Shown: positions 11,627-24,419 of the stretch, piece by piece
Numbering within the stretch: position 1 is the first letter of the stretch
Layout: each line of letters starts with the position of its first letter
NCBI RefSeq assembly: GCF_035084215.1
Contig: NW_027139548.1
Coordinates: forward strand, 7,936,001 to 8,000,000
Direction: 5' to 3'
Length of the DNA: 64,000 nucleotides
Source: Heptranchias perlo
Lineage: Eukaryota
Program-made: the position numbers and the translations under genes
Notes under the pieces: model-generated
The model's database searches: none
What the model was told of the DNA's origin: nothing
What the model saw: the letters and a program-made list of their open reading frames with translations, nothing else

Positions 11627-14085
11627 AATCATAGAATCATAGAAGTTTACAACATGGAAACAGGCCCTTCGGCCCAACATGTCCATGTCGCCCAGTTTAT
11701 ACCACTAAGCTAGTCCCAATTGCCTGCACTTGGCCCATATCCCTCTATACCCATCTTACCCATGTAACTGTCCAAATGCTTTTTAAAAGACAAAATTGTA
11801 CCCGCCTCTACTACTGCCTCTGGCAGCTCGTTCCAGACACTCACCACCCTTTGAGTGAAAAAATTGCCCCTCTGGACCCTTTTGTATCTCTCCCCTCTCA
11901 CCTTAAATCTATGCCCCCTCGTTATAGACTCCCCTACCTTTGGGAAAAGATTATGACTATCTACCTTATCTATGCCCCTCATTATTTTATAGACTTCGAT
12001 AAGATCACCCCTTAACCTCCTACTCTCCAGGGAAAAAAGTCCCAGTCTGTTTAACCTCTCCCTGTAAGTCAAACCATCAAGTCCCGGTAGCATCCTAGTA
12101 AATCTTTTCTGCACTCTTTCTAGTTTAATAATATCCTTTCTATAATAGGGTGACCAGAACTGTACACAGTACTCCAAGTGTGGCCTCACCAATGCCCTGT
12201 GCAACTTCAACAAGACATCCCAACTTCTGCATTCAATGTTCTGACCAATGAAACCAAGCATGCCGAATGCCTTCTTCACCACCCTATCCACCTGTGACTC
12301 CACTTTCAAGGAGCTATGAATCTGTACTCCCAGATCTCTTTGTTCTATAACTCTCCCCAACGCCCTACCATTAACGGAGTAGGTCCTGGCCCGATTCGAT
12401 CTACCAAAATGCATCACCTCACATTTATCTAAATTAAACTCCATCTGCCATTCATCGGCCCACTGGCCCAATTTATCAAGATCCCGTTGCAATCCTAGAT
12501 AACCTTCTTCACTGTCCACAATGCCACCAATCTTGGTGTCATCTGCAAACTTACTAACCATGCCTCCTAAATTCTCATCCAAATCATTAATATAAATAAC
12601 AAATAACAGCGGACCCAGCACCGATCCCTGAGGCACACCGCTGGACACAGGCATCCAGTTTGAAAAACAACCCTCTACAACCACCCTCTGTCTTCTGTCG
12701 TCAAGCCAATTTTGTATCCAATTGGCTACCTCACCTTGGATCCCATGAGATTTAACCTTATGTAACAACCTACCATGCGGTACCTTGTCAAATGCTTTGC
12801 TGAAGTCCATGTAGACCACGTCTACTGCACAGCCCTCATCTATCTTCTTGGTTACCCCTTCGAAAAACTCAATCAAATTCGTGAGACATGATTTTCCTCT
12901 CACAAAACCATGCTGACTGTTCCTAATTCGTCCCTGCCTCTCCAAATGCCGGTAGATCCTGTCCCTCAGAATACCCTCTAACAACTTACCCACTACAGAT
13001 GTCAGGCTCACTGGTCTGTAGTTCCCAGGCTTTTCCCTGCCGCCCTTCTTAAACAAAGGCACAACATTTGCTACCCTCCAATCTTCAGGCACCTCACCTG
13101 CAGCGGTGGATGATTCAAATATCTCTGCTAGGGGACCCGCAATTTCCTCCCTAACCTCCCATAACGTCCTGGGATACATTTCATCAGGTCCCGGAGATTT
13201 ATCTACCTTGATGCGCGTTAAGACTTCCAGCACCTCCCTCTCTGTAATATGTACACTCCTCAAGACATCACTATTTATTTCCCCAAGTTCCCTAACATCC
13301 ATGCCTTTCTCAACCGTAAATACCGATGTGAAATATTCATTCAGGATCTCACCCATCTCTTGTGGTTCCGCACATAGATGACCTTGTTGATCCTTAAGAG
13401 GCCCTACTCTCTCCCTAGTTACCCTTTTGCCCTTTATGTATTTGTAGAAGCTCTTTGGATTCACCTTTGCCTGATCTGCCAAAGCAATCTCATATCCCCT
13501 TTTTGCCCTCTTGATTTCTCTCTTAACTCTACTCCGGCAATCTCTATACTCTTCAAGGGATCCACTTGATCCCAGCTGCCTATGCATGTCATATGCCTCC
13601 TTCTTCTTTTTGACTAGTGCCTCAATCTCCCGAGTCATCCAAGGTTCCCTACTTCTACCAGCCTTGCCCTTCACTTTATAAGGAATGTGCTTACACTGAA
13701 CCCTGGTTAACACACTTTTGAAAGCCTCCCACTTACCAGACGTCCCTTTGCCTGCCAACAGACTCTCCCAATCAACTTCTGAAAGTTTCTGTCTAATACC
13801 ATCAAAATTGGCCTTTCCCCAATTTAGAATTTTAACTTTTGGGCCAGACCTATCCTTCTCCATAGCTATCTTAAAACTAATGGAATTATGATCACTGGTC
13901 CCAAAGTGATCCCTCACTAACACTTCTGTCACCTGCCCTTCCTTATTTCCCAAGAGGAGGTCAAGTTTTGCCCCCTCTCTAATCGGGCCATCCACATACT
14001 GAATGAGAAATTCCTCCTGAATACACTCAACAAATTTCTCTCCATCCAAGCCCCTAATGCTATGGCTGTCCCAGTCAATGTTGGA
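11627..14085 (-). mobile_element. Young 5'-truncated CR1 LINE with an uninterrupted ORF2 (end of APE domain, RT, C-terminus)
   Basis: Stop-free frame 11710-14085 with GTSDHN, KSPGPD, YRPVSLTS, QHGF, DFSKAFD, GVPQGSVLGP and KFADD. (ttctatga)n tail at 11627-11645. Confidence 0.95.
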
Positions 14086-14121
14086 AGGGCGCAGAGATCT
14101 AAGGGTTGAAGGGGCACTTGT

Positions 14122-15140
14122 TACAGAGTCCGACTCTACACTCGGATAGACACACACTAACACTGTATACAGAGACTGACTCTTCACTCGGATAGACACA
14201 CACTATACACTATATACAGAGACTGACTCTTCACTCGGATAGACACACACTAACACTGTATACAGAGACTGACTCTTCACTCGGATAGACACACACTATA
14301 CACTATATACAGAGACTGATTCTTCACTCGGATAGACACACACTATACACTGTATACAGAGACTGACTCTTCACTCGGATAGACACACACTATACACTAT
14401 ATACAGAGACTGACTCTCCACTAGGATAGACACACACTATACACTATATACAGAGACTGACTCTTCACTCGGATAGACACACACTATACACTATATACAG
14501 AGACTGACTCTTCACTCGGATAGACACACACTATACACTATATGCAGAGACTGACTCTTCACTCGGATAGACACACACTATACACTGTATACAGAGACTG
14601 ACTCTTCACTGAGATAGACACACACTATACACTGTATGCAGAGACTGACTCTCCACTAGGATAGACACACACTATACACTATATACAGAGACTGACTCTT
14701 CACTCGGATAGACACACACTATACACTATATACAGAGACTGACTCTTCACTCGGATAGACACACACTATACACTATATACAGAGACTGACTCTTCACTCG
14801 GATAGACACACACTATATACTGTATACAGAGACTGACTCTTCACTCGGATAGACACACACTATACACTGTATACAGAGACTGACTCTTCACTGAGATAGA
14901 CACACACTATACACTGTATACAGAGACTGACTCTTCACCAGGATAGACACACACTATATACTGTATACAGAGACTGACTCTTCACTAGGATAGACACACA
15001 CTATACACTATATACCGAGACTGACTCTTCACTAGGATAGACACACACTATACACTAAATACAGAGACTGACTCTTCACTCGGATAGACACACACTATAC
15101 ACTATATACAGAGACTGACTCCTCACTGGGATAGACACAC
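14122..15140. repeat. Minisatellite, 47-bp unit, ~21 copies
   Basis: Unit cagagactgactcttcactcggatagacacacactatacactatata, period 47 (14174, 14221...). Confidence 0.95.
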
Positions 15141-15195
15141 TCATAGACGCTCCACACTAGGATAGACTCCTCACTAGGTGAGAAAAACAGGGTAC

Positions 15196-15500
15196 TTATG
15201 ACAGAGTCCGACTCCTATCTGGAAGAGACACACACTGTACACAGGGACACCAGTTACAGAGTCCGACTCCGCACTGGGAGAGACACACACGGTGCACCGG
15301 GACACTTGTTACAGAGTCCGAATCCTCACTGGGAGAGACACACACGGTACACAGGGACACTTGTTGCAGAGTCCGAATCCTCACTGGGAGAGACACACAC
15401 GGTACACAGGGACACTTGTTACAGAGTCCGAATCCTCACTGGGAGAGACACACACGGTACACAGGGACACTTGTTACAGAGTCCGAATCGTCACTGGGCG
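15196..15500. repeat. Minisatellite, 55-bp unit, ~5.5 copies
   Basis: Unit ttgttacagagtccgaatcctcactgggagagacacacacggtacacagggacac at 15306, 15361, 15416 and 15471. Confidence 0.9.
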
Positions 15501-15779
15501 AAACACCCAGGAATACTGAGTCCAATTGTCAGTGTCCCACTGCAGCCAGACTGAGCCCCAACCTGAGCGCTTACCGTCTGTGCATTTACCCAATGCCTCA
15601 CTGCAGCCCAGAATGAGCCCCACCGAAGCCCTTCCTGTCTATACGTTCAGCTCGGGCTCGAAACCGTTAAACGGCCATTTGGATTTAAACCTGGAGCGCG
15701 GCCGTTTGAAGGGGAGGGACAGAAATTCGGCCAAATGTGTTAATATAATGAAACCAATAATGTTCATGAATTGAAACGA

Positions 15780-16518
15780 TCACATGTCCACTCTCAGTGG
15801 GCGTCTTGTGTCCTGCAGCGACTTCAGCTCATTCTTTCCGTTTGAACTGAACTGATTCTGCCTCAGCCTGAAACAGATTAAAGATTAAACAAGAAATAAA
15901 CAGATTGCACAACAGCGTAAATAACAGGGAGACTGGGCTTAATATTACAATAATAATTGGAGACAAATATCACCCATGATAGTGAATGAATCCCATCTAT
16001 ATTTTATTTATTGCATTAAACATTAACACAAGCACTCACCGGATCCGCTCCAGACTCCTGCAGGTCAGTATGAGGCGGCGGAGAGCGGGGATAGATTGGT
16101 CTGTGAAGTCGTTTAACCCGAGGGACAGACCCGTCAGTGACCGGTTTGTGCTGAGAGCGGAGACGAGATCGTCCGTACAAGAATCTGTGAGACCGTTTTT
16201 CCATAGACTGGGGTCGGAGAGAGAGAAATAACAGGAATCAAGGTTAAATCTCCAGTGTTTATTAATAATAATATTACTGATACTCATTATATCCAGTGTT
16301 AGACATCCAGTTATTATAAACACAATCTCAAACAGTCTGATACTTACCCCAGTTTCTATATTTTACAGTCCGGGTTCCTCAGAGCCGCAGACAGTAGTTT
16401 CACTCCTGAATCTTCCAGTTTATTATTGTTCAGCTACAGCTCTGTCAGTGATCGTTTTTTACTGAGAACAGAGGCGAGATCCTCGGCACAAGAATCTGTG
16501 AGATCGTTGTCATCCAGG
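15780..16518 (-). pseudogene. NLRC3/NLRP-like gene, 3' LRR exons (16348-16518, 16040-16207, 15780-15867)
   Basis: Three AG/GT-bounded phase-2 exons. 171 nt: LDDNDLTDSCAEDLASVLSKKRSLTEL*LNNNKLEDSGVKLLSAALRNPDCKI*KL, with TAG at 16434-16436 and 16356-16358. 168 nt: LWKNGLTDSCTDDLVSALSTNRSLTGLSLGLNDFTDQSIPALRRLILTCRSLERI. Terminal: LRQNQFSSNGKNELKSLQDTRRPLRVDM*. Confidence 0.85.
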
Positions 16519-17216
16519 CTGGGGATCAGAGAGAGAGAAATAACAGGAATCAGGATAAATCCCCACTAATTATTAATGTTACCGATACTAATAATAATGT
16601 ACAGTGTAATATTAATAGGAGAGTTAGACACAAATATTAAAATGAGCAGGAGAAGGTTGCCGTGTTAAACTGGATATCAAGTCCCTCCTCCCCCATCAGC
16701 ACAACATCTGTTAGCTCTGGGATCGAGCATTCCCCGAGTGTTCCGATCAACTCTCCACATCAGCTGCCCAGTGAAACCCAGTGAGTCCCGCTGATCTCCA
16801 CAACCCAGTTCCAAACGGGTTCCCGTCGGCTGAGACTCTGCACTGGGAGCGCCCAGTGGTAAGATTTACTCACAGCACAGGCCTTATTCCTGAGGTAGAG
16901 AATATTCAGGAGGGAGATATGGAGCAGGGTGTTAATTGGACGACTAACTGATCTTTACTTCGGTTTTACACAGTCTGGTGGGATTGTATTATTTGTATTT
17001 ACAGATTTGTGTTTAATATTTTTCATTTGTTGAGTGTTGATAGTAAATTCCGGTACTTTATGAATATAATATCTATCCACACACACGATATATTGCTGGA
17101 TGTGATTCCTCTGGTCTCTATGGGCAGTAACATTATCCGTGTGTTCACGGAAATGTGTCCTGGTTTGTGCTTCTATTTTAATATATTTATAAAAACTCTC
17201 ATGGTGTCAGCACCTT

Positions 17217-17430
17217 ACTAATGAGCAGTGTAGGAGGTGAGGAGATTTACCACTGTTCTAATATTAACACTAATGAGCAGTGTAGGATGTGAGGAGATTT
17301 ACCACTGTTCTAATATTAACACTAATGAGCACTGTAGGAGGTGAGGACATTTACCACTGTTCTAATATCAACACTAACGAGCACTGTAGGAGGTAAGGAG
17401 ATTTACCACTTTTCTAATATGAACACTAAT
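17217..17430. repeat. Tandem repeat, 52-bp unit, ~4 copies
   Basis: Unit actaatgagcagtgtaggaggtgaggagatttaccactgttctaatattaac, period 52. Confidence 0.9.
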
Positions 17431-17813
17431 GTATAATTTTATGAATCATGTAACATTAAGCCGTTAGGTGATGTACACTATTTATGTTTTTAATATCTTT
17501 TGGGATCTTACAATCTCAGAAAACACCATCAACATACAAGTGGTAGATTTGACTGCTGTTTTACAATGAATATTCTCCACCTGTGTGAGTCCCGCTGTGT
17601 GTGCTCACGCACGTGTGTCCAATGAAACTATCAGTCAGCGTCTTTTCCTTTCCCAACTGATGGAATGTAAAAGTCATTCAGTCTCAGATCAGTAATTTCT
17701 CTAAACTATAATTGAAGTTATTCTCTGGCATTAATTTACAACCAAATTTGAAACCTTGTAAAATTCAGCAATCTCTTGTTTCAGTCACGCTGACAATAGT
17801 ATAATAATCAGGG

Positions 17814-19875
17814 AACAATAACAACATTGAAAAACATCTCAGGGCGCTTCACAGAAACCGAATCAGACAAAAGATGGGCACTGAATGAAGGAGGTGGAAG
17901 GAGGGTTGGCCAAAAAGTTGGTCAAAGAAGTGGGTTTCAGGAGGGTCTTAAAGGAGGCGAGGGAGGTGGAGAGGGTTACGGAGAGAATTACAAGCCATAG
18001 AGCAGGGACAGCAGAAGGCACGTCGCCATAGGTGGCGTGAGAGATTGAAACGCACAAGAGGCCACAATCGGAGGAACAGAAAGACCTTGGAGGTGGTTAT
18101 AGAGACAAGGGGGGGACGAGGCCACGAAGAGATTTAAAAATGAGGATGAGAGTTTAAATTTGGAGGTGCTGATCAGTGAGCAGGGTTTGCGATGCACTTA
18201 CGTTTACCGAGGGTGAAAGGAGAAAGGCCGGCCTGGAGAGTGTTGGATAAATCGAGTGAACATGTGATAAAAGCATGGATGAGGGTTTCAGCAGCAGATG
18301 GACTGAAACAGGGATGAGGATGGGCGATGTTACGGGAGGTGGAAGTAGACACGGTCTTTGTGATGGAGAGAATATCGAGTCGGAAGCTTAGCTTGGCGTC
18401 AAATTGAACGCTGAGGTGGTGAACAATCTGGTTCAATCTGAGACATTGACTGGGACGAACAGAATTCGTGGCGGGGACCGAAGATCGTGTCTTCCGTCAT
18501 TCCAATGATTGATTGGAGAAATGTGTAACTCATCTAAGAATGGATATCGGACAAGCAGCGTGACAAAGCAGAGGCAGTGGAGGGGTCGAAGGAGGAGGAG
18601 GAGAGGGAGAGCAGAGTGTTGTCAGCGTAAATGTGAAAGCTGATCCATTGTCTTCGGATAATGTCCCCAAGGGGAAGCAAGTAAATGAGAAATATGAGGG
18701 GGTGAGGGTAGATCCATGGGGGATTCCATGAGTTACAGTGCGGGAGTGGGATCAGAAGTAAATGGGAAATAGGAGGGGTTGAGGGTAGATCCATGGGGGA
18801 TTCCAGGAGTTACAGTGCGGGAGTGGGATCAGAAGTAAATTGGAAATAGGAGGGGCTGAGGTTAGATCCATGGGGGATTCCAGGAGTTACAGTGCTGGAG
18901 TGGGATCAGAAGTAAATGGGAAATAGGAGGGTAGATCCATGGGGGACTTTAGGAGATACCGTGCGGGAGTGGGATCAGAAGTAAGTGGGAAATAGGAGGG
19001 GGTGAGGGGAGATCCAGGGGGGATTCCAGGATTTACAGTGCAGGAGTGGGATCAGAAGTAAGTGGGAAATAGGAGGGGATGAGGATAGATCCAAGGGGGA
19101 TTCCAGGAGTGATAGTGTGGGAGTGGGATCAGAATTAAATGCGAAATAGGAGGAGATGAGGATAGATCCAGGGGGGATTCCAGGAGTTACAGTGCGGGAG
19201 TGGGATCAGAAGTAAATGGGAAATAGGAGGGGGTGAGGGGAGATCCATGGGGATTCCAGGAGTTATACTGTGGGAATGGGATCAGAATTGAATGAGAAAT
19301 AGGAGGGGGTGAGGATAGATCCAGGGGGGATTCCAGGAGTTACAGTGCGGGAGTGGGATCAGAAGTAAATGGGAAATACGAGTTGGTGAGGATAGATCCA
19401 TGGGGATTCCAGGAGTTACAGTGCGGGAGTGGGATCAGAAGTAAATGGGAAATACGAGTTGGTGAGGATAGATCCATGGGGATTCCAGGAGTTACAGTGC
19501 GGGAGTGGGATCAGAAGTAAATGGGAAATAGGAGGGGGTGAGGATAGATCCATGGGGATTCCAGGAGTTACAGTGCGGGAGTGGGATCAGAAGCCGTTGA
19601 TGAAGATTCTACGGTTATGACTGGATGGTTAAAAGTGGAACCAGCGAGGGCAGTCCCACTGAGCTGGACTATAGGGGTGCAGAAGAATGGGGAGGAGATT
19701 TTACTACGGCCGCAGTCACAGAAAGTGTAAATTGTGACTTTGATTATTGCCATTTCAGTGCTGGGGCAGGAGCGGAAACCTGATCGGAGAGATTCAAACA
19801 TGAAGTTGTGGGAAAGATGGGTAGAGATTCGGGAGGTGAAAAAAATCGAGAGGAAAGGGAGGCGGGAGTTGGAGA
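17814..19875 (-). mobile_element. L2 LINE, decayed, containing an internally derived minisatellite
   Basis: Minus-strand remnants FESLRSGFRSCPSTEMAI, PLGDIIRRQWISFHIYADNT (YADD), SAAETLIHAFITCSLD, and an (aac) tail. Confidence 0.85.
18690..19593. repeat. Minisatellite, ~76-77-bp unit, ~12 copies, derived from L2 RT sequence
   Basis: Unit gggatcagaagtaaatgggaaataggagggggtgaggatagatccatggggattccaggagttacagtgcgggagt; atcagaag recurs at 18751, 18828 and 18905. Confidence 0.9.
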
Positions 19876-20156
19876 TACACGTGTCTACCTATTCACCCAC
19901 GTAACAAACAGGGCGTGTCTCTTTGATCACACTCCCTCCTCTGAAATACACAAGTCTCATTTATGGTTTAATATAATAGAAGTTAAAGTCATTTGACTTT
20001 TACATAACATTCCACTCACTCTGACTGGGCAATTGGAATCTCCCAGTTCCACTGGAGGAGTTCGCTTGTTACAGGCGACAGAATCAGAGCAATGCTTCAG
20101 ATATACTCATTTAACAAAACTGCTTCAGAAAATGCAGATCGTCACTTCCCTTTTTT

Positions 20157-20300
20157 AAACAGAATTATTTAGGATGTAAAGCAACGAAGCAGGCCGCTCG
20201 GCCTGGTCGACATGGTCCGCACAGAGCCTGCCCCCACCACTCTTCATCGGACCCTATTCCTTTCTCCCTCGTGTATTTATATAACTTCCCCCTAAATACA
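20157..20300 (-). mobile_element. CR1 3'-terminal fragment, old
   Basis: Resembles the short CR1 tail at ~61045-61165 and the 3' end at ~62150-62287. Confidence 0.5.
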
Positions 20301-20384
20301 TCTTTTCTTTACAGTGAGGTCCTGTAAATGGAGCTTGACTTCTCAACCACCCTGTTCAGTTCAAGGGTTGATGTTGCTCCGTCC

Positions 20385-22320
20385 CACTGAACCAGCCCTC
20401 CACCGAAACCCCACTGACCAGGCCCCACACCGACACCCTACTGATCAGGTCACATATCGAAACGCCACTGACCAAGTCCCACACCGACACCCCACTGACC
20501 CAGTCCCACACCGACACCGCACTGACCCAGTCCCACGCCGACACCCCACTGACCCAGTCCCACACCGACAACGCACTGACCCAGTCCCTCACCGACACCC
20601 CACTGACCCAGTCCCACGCCGACACCCCACTGACCCAGCGCCAAACCGAAACACCACTGAACCAGTCACACACCGGCACCCCACTGAACCAATCCTAAAC
20701 AGAAACCCCACTGACCAAGTCCCACACCGACACCGCACTGACCCAGTCCCACACCGACACCCCACTGACCCAGTCCCACAACGAAACCCCACTGACCCAG
20801 TCCCACACCGAAACCCCACTGACCCAGTCCCACGCCGACACCCCACTGACCCAGTCCCACACCGACATCCCACTGACCCAGTCCCACACCGACACCCCAC
20901 TGACCCAGTCCCACACCGACACCCCACTGACCCAGTCCATCACCGACACCCCACTGACCCAGTCCCACACCGACACCCCACTGACCCAGTCCCACACCGA
21001 CACCCCACTGACCCAGTCCATCACCGACACCCCACTGACCCAGTCCCACACCGACACCCCACTGACCCAGTCCCACACCGACACCCCACTGACCCAGTCC
21101 CACACCGACACCCCACTGACCCAGTCCCACGCCGACACCCCACTGACCCAGTCCCACACCGACACCACACTGACCCAGTCCCACACCGACACCCCACTGA
21201 CCCAGTCCCACACCGACACCCCACTGACCCAGTCCCACACCGACACCCCACTGACCCAGTCCCACACCGACACCCCACTGACCCAGTCCCACACCGACAC
21301 AGCACAGACCCAGTCCCACACCGAAACCGCACTGACCCAGTCCCACACCGACACCCCACTGACGCAGTCCCACACCGACACCCCACTGACCCAGTCCCAC
21401 ACCGACACCCCACTGACCCAGCCCCACACCGACACCTCACAGACCCAGTCCCACACCGACACCCCACTGACCCAGTCCCACAGCGACACCCCACTGACAC
21501 AGTCCCACACCGACACCCCACTGACCCAGTCCCACACCGACACCCCACTGACCCAGCCCCACACCGACACCTCACAGACCCAGTCCCACACCGACACCCC
21601 ACTGACCCAGTCCCACACCGACACCCCACTGACCCAGTCCCACACCGACACCCCACTGACCCAGTCCCACACCGACATCCCACTGACCCAGTCCCACACC
21701 GACACCCCACTGACCCAGTCACACACCGAAACCCCACTGACCCAGTCCCGCACCGACACCCCACTGACCCAGTCCCACGCCGACACCCCACTGACCCAGT
21801 CCCACACCGACACCCCACTGACCCAGTCCCACACCGACACCGCACTGACCCAATCCCACACCGACACCCCACTGACCCAGTCCCACACCGACATCCCACT
21901 GACCCAGTCCCACACCGACACCCCACTGACCCAGTCCCACACCGAAACCCCACTGACCCAGTCCCGCACCGACACCCCACTGACCCAGTCCCACGCCGAC
22001 ACCCCACTGACCCAATCCCACACCGACACCCCACTGACCCAGTCCCACACTGACATCCCACTGACCCAGTCCCACACCGACACCCCACTGACCCAGTCCC
22101 ACACCGAAACCCCACTGACCCAGTCCCGCACCGACACCCCACTGACCCAGTCCCACGCCGACACCCCACTGACCCAGTCCCACACCGACACCCCACTGAC
22201 CCAGTCCCACACCGAGAGCCCACTGACCCAGTCCCACACCGACACCCCACTGACCCAGCCCCACACCGACACCTCACAGACCCAGTCCCACACCGACACC
22301 CCACTGACCCAGCCCTGCAT
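20385..22320. repeat. Minisatellite, 27-bp unit, ~70 copies
   Basis: Unit ccccactgacccagtcccacaccgaca. It produces the spurious HRHPTDPVP and VSVWDWVSG ORFs. Confidence 0.97.
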
Positions 22321-22790
22321 CGACACCGCAGTAACGGGGAGTGAGAGCAGACACTCCAATTTTAATGACTGCATTGTAAAGTTTGATGTGTTTCAGGTAG
22401 TGAGTATTAGAGTAAGTGTGACGCTTACAGAAAGTGTGCGTTGTAAATACGACTTTTAATTCATTACTCGTGAATCTCGATGGCTTTGCTCATACTTGGA
22501 CAGATGACCTGGAATGTGATCTCACTGCATTAGTTGAAACAGGCCAGAATGGCAGGCGGGGAGCAATCGTATCTCTTCGGAAGGTATTGAAACAGCCTTT
22601 ATCAATATAAGAAAAGTATTATTAAACCATGGAAAAGGGAGTCTTACATGGTATATGTATCTATATAACCTACTGCTCAGATACAAAATGGTCCTACTAC
22701 TGGACTGCCGAATCCGTGTATAGGAGCTTACACTCAATGTTTCGGATATAGATTGGAAACAACATCTCTTGTTCTGAGATCGAACAGATT

Positions 22791-22804
22791 GTTACCATGG
22801 TAAC
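22791..22804. promoter_or_regulatory. Perfect palindromic RFX X-box
   Basis: GTTACCATGGTAAC matches the RFX consensus GTTRCCATGGYAAC. A G|GTAAGT donor follows at 22822. Confidence 0.45.
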
Positions 22805-23959
22805 AGAGGAAACCAGTCACGGTAAGTAACTGAAACGGAAATAACAAAACCAACTTCACGTTTCCTGAGTTTAGTTAAGACGAAGATTAACCCTGAACAT
22901 TCAGAAAGTTTTCCTAACCATGAAGCTCCGATTCAATGATGGATTTTTTTTACGCTAGGCCTGATACTGCGGATTGACTGAATGCACCGTCAGTTCCAGT
23001 ACAGAACATTAACCAGCGCCGCATCTACATCGATAAAGTAGTCACATTGATAGAAATAGGCCCTGTCAGCTCTGGAAATCTAGTGGTCTTAAAACATCTA
23101 AATCTGTAACAGTGACCACTTAAATTACTGCTAAAATACTCAATTCGATGGCAAAATATCTGATAGTCACCACCTTTGTACATCTGAAACGTAGCAAAAT
23201 TGACTAAATTTTATGACATTTGCTTTAAATCCGAGAGGGATCTGCAAGGACCGGGCTCCAACTCTGGCACGTAAAGTTATCGAGTTCATTAATTCTTGAT
23301 CCACTCTGTTTACAAGAGTTTGTTCCCTCCGATTGTTCACATCCCCCGGAAACTCACCAGCTTGAACAACAGGCTCGGTGGGCCCCTTGTTCCCAAATCA
23401 GCTCCAATACTGAACCTCAGTCCGCCGCTCCAGATGACCCAACACAGCCCTGTTATTAATTTATTCGCTACTGTTTCCGCCCTTCTCCCCAGTGAAGGCC
23501 CTGTCCTTTGCTCGTTCTCTCCCCGCAGCAGCACTGCTCTGATCCCAACAAACCCCATCACAATGCTCGAAATTACCAGCCAGTTTCCCCCCCCCCCAAA
23601 GTTTCCTGTATTAAATGCCAACTATTCCCTCCGCCAGCCGCTCTCAGTCAATCAATCCCTGCTTATTCAACACACAGCCCAGTTTCTGCCCCGTTGAATG
23701 CTGCGGTTTACGATAATCGGTGTTTCTCTAGAGTTTACGAGAGAAACGCCAGTGCTGTCTCTCGGATTGCCGAGATATCAGGAAGACCAACAGCTTCCGG
23801 GATCATCCGTCCCTTCAGGTTCAGGGCAGAGTATTCCTGTTTGATTTTGTCCCTTTTCTTAGATCCCTGGTCCGCCGGCGTGGGCTTCCTGCAAATCCCC
23901 AGAGTTTGGGGTGGAAGGGTGTCATTTTATTTCTGCGTTTTGGACAAACCGGCGCTGTT

Positions 23960-24131
23960 TGATCTGACTGGGCCCATCCTCCCCGGGTTATAAACTGTCT
24001 GATCTCACTGGGCCCATTCTCCCCGGGTTAAAGACTGTCAGATCTCACTGGGCCCATTCTCCCCGGGTTACAGACTGTCTGATCTCACTGGGCCCATTCT
24101 CCCCTGGTTTCAGACAGTCTGATCTCACTGA
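23960..24131. repeat. Tandem repeat, 40-bp unit, ~4.5 copies
   Basis: gatct(c/g)actg recurs at 23961, 24001, 24041, 24081 and 24121. Confidence 0.9.
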
Positions 24132-24419
24132 CCCTGTTCAGTAGATTCCACGGGAGTTTATATCCAGGACCATCCCCTCTATCACGACCCGGGTCAGTAC
24201 ATTCCCCTGTAGCTGATGCTGACAGTAATCTTCCCTCTTGCTTTAATAAACCAAATGGCCTCCTGTGAAACAGAAAGTAAATGATTGTACAGCCTGGAAC
24301 AGGATCACAGAGGGTAAAATAGGGCTGATGAGTTAGGATTAACCGGACAGGCGGGGCCATCCTCCATCCTGCAGAGCTCACTCCCGCTCTCTGCTGAGTA
24401 AAAACCGTTACTGTTACAC

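Noticed and set aside
14122-15500. CRISPR-like regular repeats (also 18690-19593 and 45810-47284)
   Set aside because: The units are head-to-tail with no unique spacers, there are no cas genes, and the context is vertebrate.
20314-22374. Long ORFs (579, 559 and 427 aa) with HRHPTDPVP / VSVWDWVSG / GCRCGTGSV repeats
   Set aside because: These are artefacts of a 27-bp minisatellite that is stop-free in several frames on both strands. There is no unique coding flank, despite an acceptor-like tract at ~20300-20314.
23296-23993. Overlapping + strand ORFs of 133 and 161 aa
   Set aside because: They have non-ATG starts and no domain, and are more likely non-coding 5' region of the minus-strand NLR.
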